From Eledone cirrhosa (lineage: Eukaryota): a stretch of DNA of 64,000 nt. The stretch lies in contig OZ024742.1 in the NCBI GenBank assembly GCA_964016885.1, forward strand, positions 359,352,001-359,416,000, read 5' to 3'. Shown here piece by piece: positions 51,526-64,000 of this stretch (the stretch's first letter is position 1; each line of letters opens with the position of its first letter). The translations under genes and the position numbers were made by a program. Below the pieces are notes generated by a model. The model saw nothing but the letters and a program-made list of their open reading frames with translations. It was not told the origin of the DNA and did not search any database.

Positions 51526-51761
51526 AGATAAATAGTATTTGAGATTTCCAGGATGTTGGGTTATGTTAGTTTTCAATCAAATTGTATAGATAAGTTTTGA
51601 ATTGATTTTTCACACCATATATCTAAGTTGCCAAAACATATCCCAGTATACTGTGCGGCTTCTTTGTGGAGATTATTCATTGCCTCAATTAGCCCACGTT
51701 TCATGCGTGCCAAGACTTATATTATGGTTTCGACCCCCGACCTAACCAACATCGAGTAGGT

Positions 51762-52618
51762 TACAACAATAACAATAACAACCAACACCAGCACCACAAC
51801 AACCACAACAACAATAATAACAACAATAACAACAACAACAACAACAGCAACCACTAGCACCACCGCCACACCTACAACAACAACAATAGCAACCACTAGC
51901 ACAACCACCACCACCACCATCACTACCACCACCACCACCACTACCACCACCACTTCCACCACTACCAACACCACCACTACCACCACCACTACCACCACTA
52001 CCAACACCACGACGACTATCACCACCACTACCACCACTACCACCACCACTACCACCACCACCACCTCTACCACTACAACTACCACCACTACCACCACCAC
52101 TACCGCCACCACTACCACAACAACAACAATAACAACAACAGCAAACACTAGCACCAGCGCCACAACTACAACAATAACAATAGCAACCACTAGAACCACC
52201 ACAACCACCACCACCACCACCACCACCACCACCACTACCACCACAACCACAACAACGACATCAACCGCTACCACCACCACTACCACCACTACCACCACCA
52301 CTACCACAACCACTACCAACACAACCACAACAACAACAACAACCACTAGCACCACCACCACTACCACAACCCTTACCACCACAACCACAACAACAACAGC
52401 AACCACTAGCACCACAACCACCACCACCACTACCACCAACACTACAACCACAACAACAACTACAATAACAACAACAGCAACCACCACCACCACCACCACC
52501 ATCACCACCACCGCCACAACCACCGCCAACACCACCACCACTACCACCACCACCACCACTACCACTACAACCACAACAACAACAACAATAACAACAACAA
52601 CAGCAGCAGCAGCAGCAA
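51762..52618. repeat. Compound (ACC)/(AAC)/(ACT) trinucleotide repeat with internal duplications
   Basis: Recurring agcaaccactagcac anchors. Confidence 0.9.
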
Positions 52619-52701
52619 TATTAATGCGGTTGAATTTAGAAGCATTGGGAAAACTTTTAATTTGAAACGTATGACCATAATAATAGTCAATCTCTATAAT
52701 A

Positions 52702-53775
52702 AATTGTTTCTACTTTTTGGCACAAGGCCAGCAATTATCCCAGTGCATTACTGGTACTTTATTTTATCGACCCCGTCAGGATGAAAGGCAAAGTTAACCT
52801 CGGCGGGATTTGAACTCAGTCCGTAAAGGGAAGTAACTCTTTGCTGCAAAGCATGGCGTCCAACCCTCTACCGATACTGCCAATCCAGACCGTCAATCTC
52901 TATAAATAATATTTGAGAAAATCGGATAACGTAACCCCGGAGATGGAAAGGTGTAGAGAGACGTCGACGAGAAATCGAAACCTGCATTTCTTGGATTGCA
53001 GGCAAGTGCGTTAACCACGAAGCTAAAGAGCCGCTGGTCACCAATTCCCTGTCCACCCAGGGGTAATTTACTTAATTTTTTTAACAGCTATTATAATGGT
53101 CATTTGTATTGTGACGGTCATACAACAAATAACAATAATTGTTTCTAATTTTGGTACAAGGCCAGCAATTATCCCACTGTATTACTGGCACTTTATTTTA
53201 TCGACCCCGTAAGGATGAAAGGCAAAGTTAACCTCAGCGGGATTTAAACTCAGACCATAAAGGGACGTAACTCTTTGCTGCAAAGCATGGCGTCCGACCC
53301 ACTACCGATACTGCCAATCCACCACCGTGTTTAATAATATTAACACAGATGAATTCTAAACTAGATAGCTAACAAGTAATTAAGAGAAGGCACAAATAGA
53401 TTAAACCTACCCTAGTACTTTTTTAGTACTTATTTTATGGACCTTGGAAGAAGGAAATAGAAAAGTTGACCTCAGCAGGATTTGAATTAAAGAGCCAGAA
53501 CAAATACTAACGTTTGTTGAGATTTTACAATGTCTGGCAATTTACCATCCTAATAATAATTGTTTCTATTTTAGGCACAAGGCCAAAAATTTAAAGGGGA
53601 GGGGGTAAATCGATTAAATCGACCCCAGTGCATAACTGGTATTCTATGTTATCGACTCCGTAAGGATGAAAGGCAAAGTTAACCTCGGCGGGATTTGAAC
53701 GCAAAAAGGTAACGGGTCGTAACTCTATACTTCAAAGCATGGTGTCCGACGTTCTACTGATACTGCCAATCCACC
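52702..53775 (-). mobile_element. Cluster of minus-strand SINE copies
   Basis: 52702-52886, 53137-53325, a degenerate copy at 53385-53550, and 53560-53775. Confidence 0.85.
52960..53032 (-). pseudogene. tRNA-like sequence (pseudogene or SINE head)
   Basis: Minus strand ggctctttagcttcgtggttaacgcacttgcctgcaatccaag...ggtttcgatt: A box, anticodon-like arm with GCA, B box; the acceptor stem does not pair. Confidence 0.45.
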
Positions 53776-53909
53776 ACCCTCACCATCCTAATGATAATGG
53801 TTTCTGATTTAGGAATACTCAGCCACTTGCACGTTAATTTTATGAGCGGGTAGTTCCGATGATCATATCATCCTATCGTCATTATTATAATCATTTCCAC
53901 CTCTTTACG

Positions 53910-54612
53910 CGCTGCAGTCAAATCCAACCGAAGTCAACTTTACCTTTCATCCTGCCAGGGTCAATAAAATAAAGTACCAGTCAAGTACTGGGTTTAATTT
54001 AGTCAAAGTTTCCCTTCCTCTAAATTTTCTGGCCTTGAGCTTAAACTAGAAGTCATCATCTGGCAGTATCGGTAGAGTATCAGACAACGTGCTTTCCAGC
54101 AAAGAGTTACGTCCCTTTCCGATCTGAGTTCAAATCCCGCCGAAGTTAACTTTGACTTTCATCCTTACGGGGTCGATAAAATAAAGTACCAGTAATGCAC
54201 TGGGTAATTGCTGGCCTTGTGCCTAAAGTAGAAACAATTATTGCTGTCAATAGAAGGCAGGGAATTGATAGAATCGGTGGAGCGTCGGACAAAATGTTTT
54301 GTAATATTTAGTTATAGCCCTTTACGTTCTAAATTCCGCCAAGGTCAACTTTGCTTTTCATCCTTCCAAGGTCGATAAAATAAAGTACCAATCACGTAAT
54401 TAGGTCGATGTAATTGACTTTCCTCTACTCACAATTTACTGGCGTTCTGCTAATATTAAAATGAATTATTATTATCATCATCAATCTATCACGGATTATT
54501 AAAAACTGACAAATATACTTAAACTAGAAGTCATCACTGGGTCGATAAAATAAAGTACCAGTAATACACTTGGGTAATTGCTGGCCTTGTGCCAATAGTA
54601 GAAACAATTATT
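53910..54612 (+). mobile_element. Cluster of plus-strand SINE copies including a TSD-flanked composite block
   Basis: Copies at 53910-54050, 54061-54240, 54265-54445 and 54537-54612; 19-bp direct repeat at 54040 and 54518. Confidence 0.85.
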
Positions 54613-55983
54613 ATAATAACCATGATTCTCTTAATCTCATATCAAGTTACTTTTCTTTTCCTCTCATATTGTTTATGGCTCGAGAATCATATAGTTTATC
54701 TTTATAACCTTAGATTTTAATGTAATATATTTTATAAGTAAATATTCTTTGTAATCTATAAAACAATTATTTATCTTATTTCATAGTATTTGTTTTTCAA
54801 TCTTTGTTTGTATTCTTATCAATAGTTTAGTGTTTTTCGATGAAAATAATAGAATTTTCTGAAATACTGTAGAGGCATTGTATTTTGTAGTTTTATATTT
54901 AAGAAATCGTAAGTTCTCGTCTATCAATTTTTTCACATCTCATTGGTGTGATATTATGTATCTACTAATTTATTCATTAATAATTTTTATGTCATAAATT
55001 ATATGAATTCTCGTTTGTTTTAGTTTTCTTCTTCTATTGTGCATTGTAATATCATATATTACATTCCCAATGTTGAGGATATGCGAAACTACTTCAATAT
55101 TTCCAATAAATTTTAGCGGTGCACTTAATATTTGAGCGACTAATTACTTAACACCTCTCAACACAACAGAAGGCTTTGTTCGTCGTTAAGGAAGTTACGG
55201 TAAACTTTTTCAATAAATTTCTGACATTGAATGCATGGAAGAAATAAATATATTAGTCATTGAGTTTCCGAAATCTCATGATTCAGGTGTTAAAACTTTA
55301 CACACATACAAGGAAATAATTCACTAAAAGTAAATAATCATTTCGAGAAATTTACGAAGAATGTAACAGTTTTATGGATTTTAGATGTGTTAAGGGTTTA
55401 CAGTGACTCCAATTTCTGTAGCGATAAGACTAAACTAAATCCTGGGAAAGTGACTTTACGAAATATTTTGACGAATCCGTTGAGGAAAACTTAATGAACC
55501 AAATACCAAATTCATGCTGAGTGATGTGTCAAATCTAAAAAACACAACGGGTGTGGAGATTTGAACAAACAGTGAGAATTTTAACCAAGAGTTAGTTAGT
55601 CATTCCGTTTATTATTAAAATTAATCGAAACATCAGGTTAACATATTGAAAACGACAGCCAGGTCTCATATACGAGGAGGTGAGGAAAAGTTTCTGGCTG
55701 ATCACTGCTACAGAGGCCGAGCTGCAGATCCAGATTTCTGGGTTCTTTTTACAGGACTTAAATAGATAAGAATGTTTATATGAAGAGATTAAAACACAAG
55801 AGAAATCGCTCATGGTCTTTGAAATGAGAAAAAAGCAAAACCCATTGGAATAAGTAGATAATAAATAGTTAAATAAATAAATAGTTGAATGGTGAATTTA
55901 GAATCATTAATGAAATCGTTTAATCATTGATCAAAATCCTTGCTGTATTTAGCTGCAGCATTTATGTTCTGAGTTCAAATAAT

Positions 55984-56170
55984 AATTGTTTCTACTTTTG
56001 GCACAAGGCCAGCAAATTACCCAGTGCATTACTGGTACTTTATTTTATCGACCTCATAAGGATGAAAGGCAAAGTCAACCTCGGCGGGATTTGAACTCAG
56101 AATGGCAAGGGGCGTAACTCTTTGCGTCAAAGCATGGCGTCCGACCCTCTACCGATACTGCCAATCCACC
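55984..56170 (-). mobile_element. Young SINE inserted in an older SINE
   Basis: Near-consensus copy interrupts a plus-strand head ending gagttcaaat at 55980. Confidence 0.85.
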
Positions 56171-56270
56171 AATAATGAAGTCAATTTGATTTTAATCTTT
56201 CAAGGTTCGATAACAGATAGTATCCATCGATTATTGCAATTTATATGAACGACTATATATATATATATAT

Positions 56271-56460
56271 AACAAAAGATGTGGTAAGGAACCAGGTGAA
56301 CCATAACGCACCAGAGTACTCGATACTTAGGGTAGTAGAGTAGGTAATAGGAAGAGTCAGGACCCCGACGACTGAGCTCCGGCCGTTTGGACAGCTAGAT
56401 CCGAACAACCGGACAATTCGAAACGGCCGGAGCTCAGCAGTCGGGGTCCTGACTCTTTTC

Positions 56461-56461
<1 letters not shown>
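56271..56461 (-). mobile_element. Fold-back palindrome family copy (divergent subfamily)
   Basis: Tail 56271-56348 is the reverse complement of the family tail; palindrome 56349-56461; TA tracts on both sides. Confidence 0.8.
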
Positions 56462-56490
<29 letters not shown>

Positions 56491-56494
<4 letters not shown>

Positions 56495-56658
56495 TGACGA
56501 AACATAAGTCAATTGCATGAACTCATAATCCTTTATTTACTGCTATATATATTTCGATGATAGCCATTGAATGGCTATGACCTCATCAGGCAGTTAGTCA
56601 GTTCTTAGATATGCCAGCTCTGTGTTTATGATCTTGATGGTATCAGAGCCTTGGGACA
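56491..56658 (-). mobile_element. ~170-bp (TA)n-flanked element with an intact minimal HHR
   Basis: Bounded by TA tracts; HHR followed immediately by AATAAA on the minus strand. Confidence 0.7.
56539..56594 (-). ncRNA. Type I hammerhead ribozyme, minimal stem III
   Basis: actgc-CTGATGA-ggtcatagccat(tca)atggctatcatc-GAAA-tatat-ATA-gcagt: 5-bp stem I, 12-position stem II with one mismatch, palindromic stem III. Confidence 0.85.
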
Positions 56659-56711
56659 TATATATATATATATATATATATACATAAATATATATATATA
56701 TATATATATAT

Positions 56712-56911
56712 AGGAACCTGTAAGACCCCGACAGCTGAGCTCAAGCCGTTTCGACGGCTAATTCTGGACATTTTAGTCCAGAATTAGCCGTCGAAACGGC
56801 TTGAGCTCAGCTGTCGGGGTCTTACTGGTTCCTATTACCCACTCTACTACCTCAAGTATTGAGTACTTTGGTGCGTTATGGTCCACCTGGTTCCTTACCA
56901 CATTTCCTTCG

Positions 56912-56913
<2 letters not shown>
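56712..56913 (+). mobile_element. Fold-back palindrome family copy
   Basis: Arms 56710-56769 and 56776-56835 with one mismatch, plus the family tail; TA tracts on both sides. Confidence 0.85.
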
Positions 56914-56977
<64 letters not shown>

Positions 56978-56993
56978 ATAATATATAATATAA

Positions 56994-57054
<61 letters not shown>

Positions 57055-57059
57055 ATATA

Positions 57060-57114
<55 letters not shown>

Positions 57115-57151
57115 CCCTAAATTTGAGGTCTTGTGCTTGTGTAATAAATTA

Positions 57152-57330
57152 TGGCAGTATCTGTAGGGAGTTGGACGCCATGATTTGCAGCAAAGAGTTA
57201 CGGCCCTTTACGTCTGAGTTCAAATCCCACCGAGGTTAACTTTGCCTTTCATCCTTACAGGGTCGATAAAATAAAGTACCAGTAATACACTGGAATAATT
57301 GCTGGCCTTGTGCCAAATGTAGAAACAATT
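57152..57330 (+). mobile_element. tRNA-derived SINE (dominant family)
   Basis: Head, core and tail present. Confidence 0.9.
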
Positions 57331-57359
57331 ATTTATACTAGATTTCACTCTTTCTGTCA

Positions 57360-57394
<35 letters not shown>

Positions 57395-58620
57395 CCCCTC
57401 TCTCTCTTCCCCTCTCTCTCTTTATGTCACTCTCTCTCTCTTCCTCTCTCTCTCTCTCTCTCTTTCTGTCACTCTCTCTTCCTCTTCCTCTCTCTCCCTA
57501 TTTCTGTCGCACACTCTCTCTCTCGCTCTCTCTCCCTCTCACTCACTCCCTCTTTCTTTCTCCTCTCTCTCCCCCTCTCTCTCTCTCGCTCCCTCTTTCT
57601 GTCACACTCTCTCTCTCTCTCACTCTCACTCTCTCGCTCTCTCTCTCTCTATATATATATACACATATTTTTCATATTCTCTCTCTATCTATGGAGATAT
57701 CTGTCGCTTGACGTCCCCCTCCCTCAAGATATGATTGATTTTATAATCAAGGTTTATTCGTTGTTTTGTCTTTGTTTGTTTTTGTGCTTTGTGGTGTATT
57801 CTTTCCTTTCTATCCTCTATTTCAATTTCTGATATTTTTCGACACCAACACACAAGGTTTTTTATGTGTGTTGGTATCGAGTTTTAAATTAGGATGTAGG
57901 TTATTTTTCTCCCAGATGTTGTATGTGTATACTGATGTACTCTAAGTTTTAGGTTACTGTGTAAAATATTCATTTAGAACAGAAACATATTTCTCTTTTC
58001 GATTTTATTCGTGGCACTTGAGGGGTAAAGTCTCGTCCTTCATTTAAGTTGTTTTTATTCTAAGTTTGTACGTTTTTGCAAGTACACGTCTTCGAATAGG
58101 TCTTTTTTTCCTTAACTTTAAAATATTACCATATTATATGCTTTCGCTTTTTATAAAATCATACTGTTTATTTTGCTTTTAGTGTTTGCTATGTTTGTCT
58201 TTATATTTATCGTTTACACACATCTTTTCCAAATATGAACACCTGTAAAATATCAGTAATCAATGAATATTTTCAGTGTTATTTACATGCATTGACTGCT
58301 GTTTATTTCTCCTTTCGATTTATTACTATTTTTAGTCGTTATCATTCGGGAATTGTAAATTTTCCGCTTCAGGGAGTTATGGCTGTTTTTCAACTGGTTG
58401 TATTTTTCGCAACTGTTTCCAATATCAACAAAGGAAATTTATATGATAGAGATGAGTCATATATAAAATATACATTTAGTAGGATTCGTTGGTTCTTGCC
58501 TAACATATTTCTTTATGTTTTTTAGTCATATTCACTTTTGTTCTGGCGATATTATGCGATATCGTTCAAATCTCACGGGGAGTGTCGTTGTAGGCATTCA
58601 GGATGTTATTCAACCTTATT

Positions 58621-58679
58621 GTCCTGTACTGTCCTTAATGTGTTACTTTGTGTAAACCCTTGTGGTTAATAAAGAAAGC
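58621..58679 (+). mobile_element. 59-bp extreme 3' end of a Tx1 LINE with a 13-bp TSD
   Basis: Matches the 3' end of copy 1 (29017-29070); attcaaccttatt is repeated at 58608-58620 and 58680-58692. Confidence 0.8.
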
Positions 58680-58711
58680 ATTCAACCTTATTATTATTAT
58701 TATTATTATTA

Positions 58712-60547
58712 CAGCTGCATTTATCTTGCTTTATGTTCATACGAGTTATCACCAAGTCACAACCAGTGACCTCAAGAGACAACAAGGTCCGCCATGTTCA
58801 AGAAAGAACATACATACACACACATGCATCTTTAGGTGTTTAGACTTATGATGTACTTATATTGACAGAATCTTCCTTAGTATATGGGCAGTTCCCATTA
58901 GTACTATCTTTTATATTTCTCCTATACGCGGGTTTCCTGGGATTTGCGATAAGTAATCATTCGACCCCTTAGGTATCATTCCTAGAGCGCCTACAACCAC
59001 TGGTATTGTTTTAGTTCTCAATTTCCACATTTTTCAAATTTCTATCTCCAGGTCCTTATACTTGCTCAATTTTTCAAATGTTTTTATAGATACATTCTTG
59101 TCTATTGGAACGGACATATCAATTAGCAGGCATACCCTCATTTTAAAGTCCTTCAGTATTATAGCAGGTCTATTTGCATCTATGTTTCGGTCTGTTTGGA
59201 TGCTAAAGTTCCACAAGATTGAGATGTGATCTTTTTCAAGTATGGGCGGTGGTTGATGCTCCCACCAATTCTTTTGATGGGGCAGGTCAAAATGCTTACA
59301 CATTATCCAATGTATGTATTGTGTTGCTCTGTCATGCCTGTTTAGGTATTCGGTTGGAGCTATAGCACTGCACATTGAAATTATATGATCAATGGTCTCT
59401 GGTTGTTTTTTACATACACGGCATAATGGGCTGCATCCATTTTTTATTATGTTGGCTTGGTAATTTTTTGTTGGCAGACACTGATCTTGTGCTGATATAA
59501 TCAGTCCTTCAGTCTCCGATTTCAGTCCAGAGGATGCTAACCACTGATGGGTTAAAGTTTTGTCGACATCAGGATTGTTAGCTCTTTCTGGGTATTTTCC
59601 ATACAGAGGCTTTTCTTGCCATTTCTTAGCCAGTTTCTGTAGCAGTTCTTTCTTTGCAGTTACTTTTACCTGCTTTGCTTTTTCTGTGTTTTCCACTTCA
59701 GCAGTAAATGGGACTTCTGAAATTTGTAGTCCATTACTGTATCTTTGTGCATCTTTTGTAATGGAGTATGATCTTTTGATGCTTTCGTGTTTCAAAACGA
59801 GTTTGATCATCCAATCATGTGATTCCCTTAGATATGTAGATAATCCAATTGTTGCAGTTTTCAACGCACTATCTAACTGGATTAACCCACGGCCTCCTTC
59901 TTTCCTAGGGAGATATATTCTATCTGTATCTGCCTTAGGATGATGCATTCTGTGCATGGTTAAGAATTTTCTAATTTTTGTATCGAGCCTACGGATCTCT
60001 GTGCTTGTCTAGTTGATGACATTGAAACTATAGGTTACTGCTGGTATGCCAAGCGTGTTCATGGCATCGATCCTATTCCTTGCATTCAATTCTGTTCTTA
60101 AGATTGCTCTTACTCTGCGGTAACATTTCTTCCTTATCTTTTCCCTCATTGTCGAGTGCTTCATTCCGTCTCCTTCACAAACACCTAGATATTTGTAAGT
60201 TTCCTCTTGATCAAGTTCTCTTATCACGTTCCCCCGATCAAGATTAATGTCTGAACTTTTCAGCAGCTTTCCTCTGGTGAACGTTGCTTTGGTGCATTTA
60301 TCTAGTCCAAACTGCATTTTAATGTCATCACTGAACTGTTCCACAGTGGATAATAGCCCTTGCAATTGTTCATCATTTTTTGCAAATAGTTTCAGGTCAT
60401 CCATGTAGAACAAGTGATAAATGGTTTTATCATAGACTTTATATCCATGTTTTGTATCATTGAGCATTTTACTTAATTGTATAAGTATGATGCAGAATAA
60501 AAGCGGTGATAAAGAGTCACCCTGAAAAATTCCACAATTAATATTAA
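58712..60547 (-). mobile_element. 5'-truncated R4/Dong-clade LINE (copy A)
   Basis: QGDSLSP, YMDD, YKYLG, CRVC..ETIDHIISMC and RLE motifs; (TAA)n on both sides. Confidence 0.9.
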
Positions 60548-60601
60548 TTATTATTATTAAATATTATTATTAAATATTAAATATTATTATTATTATTATT
60601 A

Positions 60602-63600
60602 CAGTTGCATTTATCTTGCTTTATGTTCATACGAGTTATCACCAAGTCACAACCAGTGACCTCAAGAGACAACAAGGTCCGCCATGTTCAAGAAAGAACA
60701 TACATACTCACACATGCATCTTTAGTGTTTAGACTTGTGATGTACTTATATTGACAGAATCTTCCTTAATATATGGGCAGTTCCCATTAGTACTATCTTT
60801 TGTATTTCTCCTATACGCGGGTTTCCTGGGATTTGCGATAAGTAATCATTAGACCCCTTAGGTATCATTCCCAGAGCGCCTACAACCACTGGTATTGTTT
60901 TAGTTCTCAATTTCCACATTTTTCCAATTTCTATCTCCAGGTCCTTATACTTGCTCAATTTTTCAAATGTTTTTATAGATACATTCTTGTCTATTGGAAC
61001 GGACATATCAATTAACAGGCATACCCTCTTTTTAAAGTCCTTCAATATTATATCAGGTCTATTTGCATCTATTTTTCGGTCTGTTTGGATCCTAAAGTTC
61101 CACAAGATTGAGATGTGATCTTTTTCAAGTATGGGTGGTGGTTGATGCTCCCACCAATTCTTTTGATGGGGCAGGTCAAAATGCTTACACATTATCCAAT
61201 GTATGTATTGTGCAGCTCTGTCATGCCTGTTTAGGTATTCGGTTGGAGCTATAGGACTGCACATTGAAATTATATGGTCAATGGTCTCTGGTTGTTTTTT
61301 GCATACACGGCATAATGGGCTGCATCCATTTTTTATTATGTTGCCTTGGTAATTTTTTGTTGGCAGACACTGATCTTGTGCCGATATAATCAGTCCTTCA
61401 GTCTCCGATTTCAGTCCAAAGGATGCCAACCACTGATGGGTTAAAGTCTTGTCAACATCAGGATTGTTAGCTCGTTCGGGGTATTTTCCATACAGAGGCT
61501 TTTCTTGCCATTTCTTAGCCAGTTTCTGTAGCAGTTCTTTCTTTGCAGTTACTTTTACCTGCTTTGCTTTTTCTGTGTTTTCCATTTCAGCAGTAAATGG
61601 GACTTCTGAAATTTGCAGTCCATTACTGTATCTTTGTGCATCTTTTGTAATGGAATATGATCTTTTGATGCTTTCGTGTTTCAAAACGAGTTTGATCATC
61701 CATCATGTGATTCCCTTAGATATGTAGATAATCCAATTGTTGCAGTTTTCAACGCAATGTCTAACTGGATTAACCCACGTCCTCCTTCTTTCCTAGGGAG
61801 ATATATTCTATCTATATCTGCCTTAGGGTGATGCATTCTGTGCATGGTTAAGAATTTTCTAATTTTTGTATCGAGCCTACGGATCTCTGTGCTTGACCAG
61901 TTGATGACATTGTAACTGTAGGTTACTACTGGTATGGCAAGCGTGTTTATGGCATCGATCCTATTCCTTGCATTCAATTCCGTTCTTAAGATTGCTCTTA
62001 TTCTGCGGTAACATTCCTTCCTTATCCTTTCCCTCATTGTCGAGTGCTTGATTCCGTCTCTTTCACAAACACCTAGATATTTGTAAGTTTTTTCTTGATC
62101 AAGTTCTCTTATCACGTTCCCCCGATCAAGATTAATGTCTGAACTTTTCAGCAGCTTTCCTCTGGTGAACGTTGCTTTGGCGCATTTATCTAGTCCAAAC
62201 TCCATTTTAATGTCATCACTGAACTGCTCCACAGTGGATAATAGCCCTTGCAATTGTTCATCATTTTTTGCAAATAGTTTCAGGTCATCCATGTAGAACA
62301 AGTGATTAATGGTTTTGTCATAGACTTTATATCCATGTTTTGTTTCATTGAGCATTTTACTTAATGGTATAAGTGCGATGCAGAATAAAAGCGGTGATAA
62401 AGAGTCACTCTGAAAAATTCCACAATTAATATTAACTTCTCCAGCTTCCAGTGATTTTGTTTCACTATTCAAAAGGAGTGTCGTTTTTCCATGTCTTCAT
62501 ACTGAATGACAAAAACCTCCTGACAATGGGGGATATTTTGAAAATCTCTAAACATTTTTCAATCCAACTGTGTGGCAAACCTTTGAATGCTTTTTTATAA
62601 TCTATCCAAGCAATTGATAGATTTTTGTGTCTATTATGACAATCTTCCAGTATCATTTTGTTAACCAGAAGCTGATCCTTACAGCCATATGAGCCTCGTT
62701 TACACCCTTTCTGCTCAATGGGAAATAGGTCATTTGTTATCAGGTGGTCATATGTGTATTCAGTTAGGACTGATGTTAAAATTTTATACTTTGTGGTCAA
62801 GCAAGTTATCGGTCTGTAATTTTTGGGATTGTTTGTCTCATCATTCTTCGGAAGCAGAAATGTAATGCCGTTAACTAGCCATGATGGTATCTTTTCTGGC
62901 TCCTTAACTATTTCATTGTAAAGTTGGGCTAACAGCTCATGAGACTCTGTGGTCTTTTCCTGGGGATTTCCATTTGCTGATTTTTCTTAGAGCCAAGCGC
63001 AACTGTTCAACTGTTATATTTTCCCATATTTGTTCTTCAAAGTGAGCTGTATCTTTCATTTGTCTGTCTATCCATGGGGCATGTATGTTATGAACTTTTT
63101 CTTCGGCCCAGATCTTTTCCCAGAATTCTTGCACTTCCTCCTTGGGTGGTATTGATTTAGCAGTTATTGTTGACTTACCAATTTTTCTGTAGAAGTTTCT
63201 TTGGTTGTTTTTGAACATATTATTGTCCTTATAGAATCTAGATCGTTTTTCAAAGCGCCTTATACGAGCAGCTTTGGCCGACACTTTTTGCTTGATTATT
63301 TCTATCAGCATGTCTATGTCACATGTTCATTTTATACTGTACTTTTTTTTCAATTTTCTAAGTTTAATTTGTTTAACATGTTCACCTAATTTATAGTTTG
63401 TTAAAATTTCTATGTCAGATCGGAGAAGGTTTATTTGGCGATTGATGTTCTCTTGCCAAGTAGATTTCTTGTGGGAATTCCTTTGTTTTTTCATCTTCAC
63501 TCCACATAAGTGAGTGGTGACTTTAGCTGATGCATAATAGAGATGATTTAAATCAGTAATGTTTAGTTTGTTTGTGATGATAATGTTTTTGAGAATTATG

Positions 63601-64000
63601 TTAGTCTTGTGTATTATCTTTTGGTTCTGTTTGGAGTTCTGGATCTTAGGGAGGGTGTCTCGTTGCCCCATGTCAGATTCTTTCATTTTCATCCATTCGA
63701 TCATAATTTCATCCTTCAAGCTGGCAAGTTCATTCTCATTCATTTCTTTATCATTTACGATCTCATTATTTTCATTTGGAGTTTCATCTTGAGCATGCAC
63801 TCTCTCCACTTTTTCGATCCTTTCTTTAACTTGTTCTGTTGCCAGTGATTCCGCCCCAACCCTGGGATTCGAAGTGTTACAGTTTACCTCGTTTTCACTG
63901 ACACATGTTTCATTTTCCCTTCGCTGACTTTGTGCTAATAGCTTGATCTGATCAATTTCTATATCAGTTAGTAACTTTTTTCTTACAATATTTCTTCGTA
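60602..64000 (-). mobile_element. R4/Dong-clade LINE (copy B), frameshifted single ORF, continues past the window end
   Basis: WKSPGKD, YRPITCL, WIDYKKAF, YMDD, CCHC, NRPDIIL..IDMSVP..EKLSKYKDL (restriction-like endonuclease); 3' end in (TAA)n. Confidence 0.92.

Noticed and set aside
51717-52618. Mucin-like poly-Thr or poly-Val ORF
   Set aside because: Trinucleotide repeat that stays open by composition; no convincing splice sites or flanking coding sequence.
52960-53032. Functional tRNA-Cys gene
   Set aside because: Acceptor and T stems do not pair; treated as a pseudogene or SINE head.
57836-58000. Hairpin (57840-57880) and CTGATGT...GAAACATATTTC as further ribozymes
   Set aside because: Core boxes are mutated or missing and no stem I could be formed.

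Overview
AT-rich, microsatellite-saturated eukaryotic DNA. It looks cephalopod (octopus-like), which is an inference from the SINE and repeat content. I can support no host protein-coding exon; nearly all ORF-track entries are simple repeats or antisense frames of retrotransposons. The window is a graveyard of mobile elements: four large Tx1-clade LINE copies plus one 59-bp 3' end, two tandem R4/Dong LINEs in (TAA)n, RTE, CRE and older Dong remnants, more than 30 tRNA-derived SINE copies, two non-autonomous Helitrons, and four tandem repeats (10, 31, 70 and 111 bp units). The signal the ORF track misses is a set of short non-coding elements sitting in (TA)n tracts that carry type I hammerhead ribozyme (HHR) motifs, which I folded by hand. 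Five cores are complete or nearly so (13573, 19748, 20358, 21006, 56539) and several others are degenerate. One recurring family has the 5' half of the ribozyme replaced by a copy-specific, near-perfect reverse complement, giving ~120-nt fold-back palindromes centred on the predicted stem II loop. These are probably Penelope-like pseudo-LTR or retrozyme derivatives; no Penelope ORF is present in the window, so that link is inference. Other notable items are apparent microsatellite targeting by two Tx1 families, a likely SINE-mediated 3' transduction, and a satellite derived from a SINE-associated tail. Boundaries were read by eye and are approximate.
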